Origin: Rebecca billardiae RCC1528
Taxonomy: Eukaryota; Protista; Haptophyta
Direction of reading: 5' to 3'
Length of the DNA: 64,000 nt
NCBI GenBank assembly: GCA_965240325.2
Contig: OZ251245.1
Coordinates: 930,001-994,000 of the forward strand
Shown here in pieces: positions 59,646-64,000 of the stretch (the stretch's first letter is position 1; every line of letters starts with the position of its first letter). Both the position numbers and the translations under genes were made by a program. The notes beneath the pieces were generated by a model. The model ran no database searches. It was not told the DNA's origin and was given only the letters and a program-made list of their open reading frames with translations.

Positions 59646-61523
59646 TCACTTGGCAGCATCGGCGCCCTCAACCTGTCCCTCGGCCTCGGCCTCGGGCTCG
59701 GCGACGGCGTCGTCAGCGATAGCAGCCGACGCCGCATCCGCGCCCTGCGCGTCAGCGGTGGCGCTCATGCGCATGGCTTGTGCACCGCCCAGCACGCTGG
59801 TGGGCACGACGAAGCCCGTCTGTCCCGGCACCGGTGTCTTGCCCTGGTGGTGCGGCGGCGACCACATGTGCTCGACGACGTAGGAGAGGTACGTCTCGCC
59901 GTCGGGCAGCTCAAAGTCGGAGAGGCCGCTGTGCACCGCCACCTCCATCACGCGCGCCGCGACGCGCGCCGAGATGGTGAGCAGGTCGTTGAGCGGCGGG
60001 TAGAGCGCGCCCGAGCTGAGCTCGTGGTCCGTCACCATGTCCGCGAGGCTCTTCGCCGCCTCGATGAACATCTCGTCCGACACCTCGCTCGTCTCCGCGA
60101 GGAACGCGCCGAGCCCGACGCCGGGGAAGATGAACATGTTGTTGCCCTGCGCGGGCGTGTACGTCTGCTCGCCGATCGTGACGGGTGCGAACGGCGAGCC
60201 CGAGGCGAAGATGCAATTTCCATGCGTCCACTCGTACGCCTTGGTCGCGGAGATCTCGGCCTTGCTCGTCGGGTTGCTCAGCGGGCAGATGATCGGCCGC
60301 GCGCACGTCTTGAACATCAGCTCCACCTCGTTCTTGCCGAAGCTCTCGCCCGAGCCGGAGAGGCCCATCAGCACGTTGGGCTGCACGTGCTTGATCACGT
60401 TCAGCAGCTCCGTCGAGTCGGCGGCCTTGACGTCGTCGCGGAGGAACTCGAGCTTGTGCGGCGCGCGCTGGCGCATGGTCTCCACGTCCTCGCGGTCCGT
60501 CGTGAGCAGCCCCCGCGAGTCCATCATCCAGAACTGCTTGTGCGCCTTCTCGGTCGGCACGCCGAGCGAGACGAGCAAGGAGACGATCATCTGCGCGCAC
60601 CCGACCGCGGCCGAGCCCGCGCCGTAGAAGACGATGCGCGCGTCCTCGGGCTTGGTGCCCTGGATCTTGAGCGCGTTGATCAGCCCGCCGAGGATCACCG
60701 AGCCCGTGCCCTGGATGTCGTCGTTGAAGCAGCGCAGGCTGTGCCTGTAGTTGGCGAGCAGCGGCAGCGAGTGCCGCGTGGAGAAGTCCTCAAACTGCAC
60801 GACGCAGCTCGGCCACCTCGTCTGGACCGCGCTGAGGAACTCGTCGACGATGGCGTAGTACTCGTCGTCGGGCAGGCGCGGGTGGCGCGCGCCGATGTAC
60901 AGCGGGTCCGCCAGCAGCTCCTCGTTGTTCGTGCCCAGGTCGAGCGTCACCGGCAGCGCGTGCCGTGGGTTGAAGCCGCCGCCCGCGCAGTACAGCGCAA
61001 TCTTGCCGATCGGGATGCCCATGCCGTTGGCGCCCTGGTCGCCGAGGCCGAGGATGCGGCCGCCGTCGGTGACGACGACGATGTGCACGTCCTTGAGGGG
61101 CACGTTGTCCAGGACCTTCGCGATGCGCCCCTTGTCCGCCGCGGTGATGAAGACGCCGCGCGGCTTGCGCCACAGCTCGGAGAAGCGCTGGCACGCCTCG
61201 CCGACCGTCGGCGTGTAGATGATGGGCAGGCACTCGAGCAGGTTCTCCGCGACGAACTTGTAGAAGAGAGACGTCGAGTCGTCCTCGAGCTCGCGCAGGA
61301 ACACGTACTTCGAGATCGGCGTGGGCATCGAGTCGAACTGCAGCTTGGTGCGCGCGAGCTGCACGTCCGTCGACTCGATCGACGCCGGGAGCAGGCCGAC
61401 GAGGCGGTTGGCCTCGCGATCGAGGTGGTTGAACGCGGTGCCCCGGTTGCGGAAGCGGTCGCGCAGCAGGGCCCTGCCCGAGAGCGAGGCGGCGAGGAGC
61501 GTCAGGACGTGCGCGGCGTGCAT
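59646..61523 (-). CDS. NAD(P)-dependent malic enzyme
   Basis: PIIYTPTVGEACQ, VTDGGRILGLGDQG, QFEDF, FNDDIQGTG, GAGSAAVG, PLSNPT, QGNNMFIFPG. Confidence 0.97.
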   Translation of the reverse strand: MHAAHVLTLLAASLSGRALLRDRFRNRGTAFNHLDREANRLVGLLPASIESTDVQLARTKLQFDSMPTPISKYVFLRELEDDSTSLFYKFVAENLLECLPIIYTPTVGEACQRFSELWRKPRGVFITAADKGRIAKVLDNVPLKDVHIVVVTDGGRILGLGDQGANGMGIPIGKIALYCAGGGFNPRHALPVTLDLGTNNEELLADPLYIGARHPRLPDDEYYAIVDEFLSAVQTRWPSCVVQFEDFSTRHSLPLLANYRHSLRCFNDDIQGTGSVILGGLINALKIQGTKPEDARIVFYGAGSAAVGCAQMIVSLLVSLGVPTEKAHKQFWMMDSRGLLTTDREDVETMRQRAPHKLEFLRDDVKAADSTELLNVIKHVQPNVLMGLSGSGESFGKNEVELMFKTCARPIICPLSNPTSKAEISATKAYEWTHGNCIFASGSPFAPVTIGEQTYTPAQGNNMFIFPGVGLGAFLAETSEVSDEMFIEAAKSLADMVTDHELSSGALYPPLNDLLTISARVAARVMEVAVHSGLSDFELPDGETYLSYVVEHMWSPPHHQGKTPVPGQTGFVVPTSVLGGAQAMRMSATADAQGADAASAAIADDAVAEPEAEAEGQVEGADAAK

Positions 61524-61986
61524 CGTGTTGGCGGCGGCGGAGCGGACCGACGCGGACGGGTTCGGGCCACGCTCCAACGCAGGCTGTCCCTGGACCGTCG
61601 GCGGTGACGAAAGGGTATCTTACTCTCTTGCCGAGTTTGCTGGCACCAAAGGCGCTGATTGGCCCAGCCGCCTTGGTCCTATCATGGTGGCGAGCCCCGG
61701 TATGTCCCAGCCGGCCGAAAAAAAAGTCCTTCTCATCAGAACTCGACGCGGACTGTCGTCGTGTGTCGTCTGTAGTAATTCGTAGTACTAACTACTGAGT
61801 AGTATCTCAATAAATAAACATCTCGTCAGTCCGAGATTGCTGGGTAAAATGCTTGCAGTGGCGCGTTGCCGACTTGCCGCTGCCGCAGCGGCGCAGCCGG
61901 AAGAACGGCCGCCCCGCGCTCGGAGGCACGCGCTCGAGAGCGCGCTCTGACACCACACGGGGAGGGTGCTGCACAGTACCCTCGGG

Positions 61987-63459
61987 ATGGCTCCGGCCTC
62001 GCCCAACAGCCTCCTCCTCGCCGTCCTGGCGCCGGCACGGCAGATACGCGGCGCGCCGACCTACTGCCCGAACGCGGACGCGCCAGCAGACGCCGGTCAG
62101 CGGCTGCTCGCGCACCACGCGGCACTCGCGCGCTGCCCCACGATGGCGACGTGGTGCCCCTCCGGTTGGACGAAGCCATCTAATTCCACGCGATTGGAGC
62201 GGCGACATCGGTCTCCGCTCTCGCCGCGCGACCTCGCGTGCGAGGCCGGGTGGAGCGGACGGCAGCTGCCGGTGCGCGAGGCCTGCGATTGGCCTCAGCC
62301 GCGCGCGTGCACCGCCTCTTCGTCATACGGGCACTCCTTCCCTGCGCTGCTCGTCCACGCCAGTCGGGACACGGGCCTGGTCGTGTACAAGGCGAAGAAG
62401 GCGGGCTCGACATTCATCGAGAAGTGGTGGAAGGCGTGCTTCCACGCGGGCGGCGTGGACCCCAACGAGCCCATCGAGTTCGCGCCGGGCGTGCGCGCGC
62501 ACGCGCTGCTCACGGTGCGCGAGCCCGCGCAGCGCGTGCTCTCCGCGCTGGGCGAGCAGCTCTTCTGGAAGGCCGGAGAGGGCGTGACGCTGCGCTCCGG
62601 CCGCGCGTTCCTGCCGTCGGTGACGGCGCTCCTCCGGCTCGCCGGCAGGGAGCACGCGGAGCAGATCGCGCGCACGTACGGCGGCAGCCCAGCCGAGTGG
62701 CCCGTCGCCGCCTACGAGCGGCTGCTCGCCGGCCTGGTCGAGAGCGGCGAGGACTGGGTACTGAGCGGTCTTGGCCTGCGCGGGCCGGCGCTCGCGGCAG
62801 CGCTACGGACACTCGTGCGCGCGACGGGCGGGCACGCGGGCGAGCGGGCCGAGCTGGCCACGCGCCACTCGCACGACGAGGCCCTGCGTCTGCACTCCTT
62901 CCTCGCGCTCGCCGAGTGCACCGCTCGCTTCACGATGGCGGTGCAAGTGCTCAGCGCGTCGGCGAGCGCCACGCAAGCGGCGCACGCGGACGTGCCGATG
63001 CTCGAGAGGCACGAGCAGTACCTGATACGCCACCGGCCCTACAGGGACGGCAGCGAGCGGAGGTGGCGCGCGAGCGCGCAGGTGCAGCGCAGTGTGCACA
63101 CGGAAGTGCTCGACGACGAGCTCAGCGCGAGCCTGCGCGCAGCCAACCTCTCAGCGCTGCTGGATCGCTGCGGGCTCCCCGGGCGCATGAACAGCGCGGC
63201 GTCCAAGGAGCGGTACCGGCACGGCGAGCAGACGGCCAAGTCGCTGTACGCAGGCGGCGCACTCGACGCGCTGCTGCGCAAGGATGCGGCGATGATGCAG
63301 AGCGTTTGCCGCGCGTTCTACCAGGATTACGTCTGCTACGGATATGCACTGCCCGCAGAGTGCGATGACGCCCTCCACCCCGGCTGGCGATGTCCTGCCG
63401 CCAATTGGACGATTATGCCGCCCGTCGGAGACGTGGGCGCTGCCACGACGACCCTCTAA
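61987..63459 (+). CDS. sulfotransferase-like protein (Sulfotransfer_2 / carbohydrate sulfotransferase type)
   Basis: 5'-PSB-like KKAGST, 3'-PB-like VREPAQRVLSA, C-terminal YQDYVCYGY; start ATG inferred. Confidence 0.7.
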   Translation: MAPASPNSLLLAVLAPARQIRGAPTYCPNADAPADAGQRLLAHHAALARCPTMATWCPSGWTKPSNSTRLERRHRSPLSPRDLACEAGWSGRQLPVREACDWPQPRACTASSSYGHSFPALLVHASRDTGLVVYKAKKAGSTFIEKWWKACFHAGGVDPNEPIEFAPGVRAHALLTVREPAQRVLSALGEQLFWKAGEGVTLRSGRAFLPSVTALLRLAGREHAEQIARTYGGSPAEWPVAAYERLLAGLVESGEDWVLSGLGLRGPALAAALRTLVRATGGHAGERAELATRHSHDEALRLHSFLALAECTARFTMAVQVLSASASATQAAHADVPMLERHEQYLIRHRPYRDGSERRWRASAQVQRSVHTEVLDDELSASLRAANLSALLDRCGLPGRMNSAASKERYRHGEQTAKSLYAGGALDALLRKDAAMMQSVCRAFYQDYVCYGYALPAECDDALHPGWRCPAANWTIMPPVGDVGAATTTL

Positions 63460-64000
63460 AGCTCTACCAGCCCCGCCCACTGTCAACGCAGTAGCTACCG
63501 TCCGTAGGCGTAGTTCAGCAGCGCGCCCGCGTGAGTGATGACGCGTCCGTCTGGTGACGGTCATACGTATATATCCGATAGAATTGGTCCCACGCCTGCA
63601 AGTTGTCCCGTCCCGCGCCGCCACTACTATATCTCCGACTATGAGGCTGTCAGCCGCGCCGCCGCTGGCAACAGACAGCAACAGTGACTCAGTGAGTAAT
63701 GTGAATCACGCGTCGGTCAGCCAGCCAGGCCCGGAGGCGTCTGACGAGTGCGACGGCCACACGTCAGCAAGGACGTAGTGGCTCAGCCCTGGCTGGATAT
63801 CATGTCTGCTCTTCAGTCACGACGTCGAAGCAATCGGCTATGCCAGCGGCACATGTGACACAGTCAGACTTTCAGCTCCGAGGTTCTTCTGACTTCCGTG
63901 CGAGGCTCGACCACCCGACTGTCGCGCCATCTGTGCTGCCGTCTACATGGGAACGAGATCAACGGTCTCAGCGGCGTGGTGGCGGTGGTGGTGGTGGCCG

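Overview
GC-rich eukaryotic nuclear DNA with short GC-rich GT-AG introns and plastid-type targeting peptides; a haptophyte-like alga is inferred but not provable from sequence alone. The left ~28 kb is mostly transposon- and repeat-derived. It holds (TA)n microsatellites with whole elements inserted in them, a three-level nest of DNA transposons, and a non-coding element with split-direct-repeat (A-body-B-A-B) ends. The right part is gene-dense, often with head-to-head pairs: Pro-rich membrane protein, JmjC protein, SAM methyltransferase, TL29/APX-like, C2HC-finger/EF-hand protein, Pcc1, FolC, SEC11, WD40, FKBP, FHA-formin, malic enzyme and a sulfotransferase-like gene. The main findings are: (1) a (TA)n-embedded split-direct-repeat element resembling a non-autonomous tyrosine-recombinase retrotransposon; (2) four insertions of TAGG-terminal TIR elements, each with an exact 7-bp TSD; (3) a CACAGTGG-ended 7.3-kb element in (TA)n; (4) a young TA-TSD MITE in three copies; (5) an FHA-FH1-FH2 formin with an NLS-like tail. 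All family assignments come from motif recognition by eye; no database searches were run.
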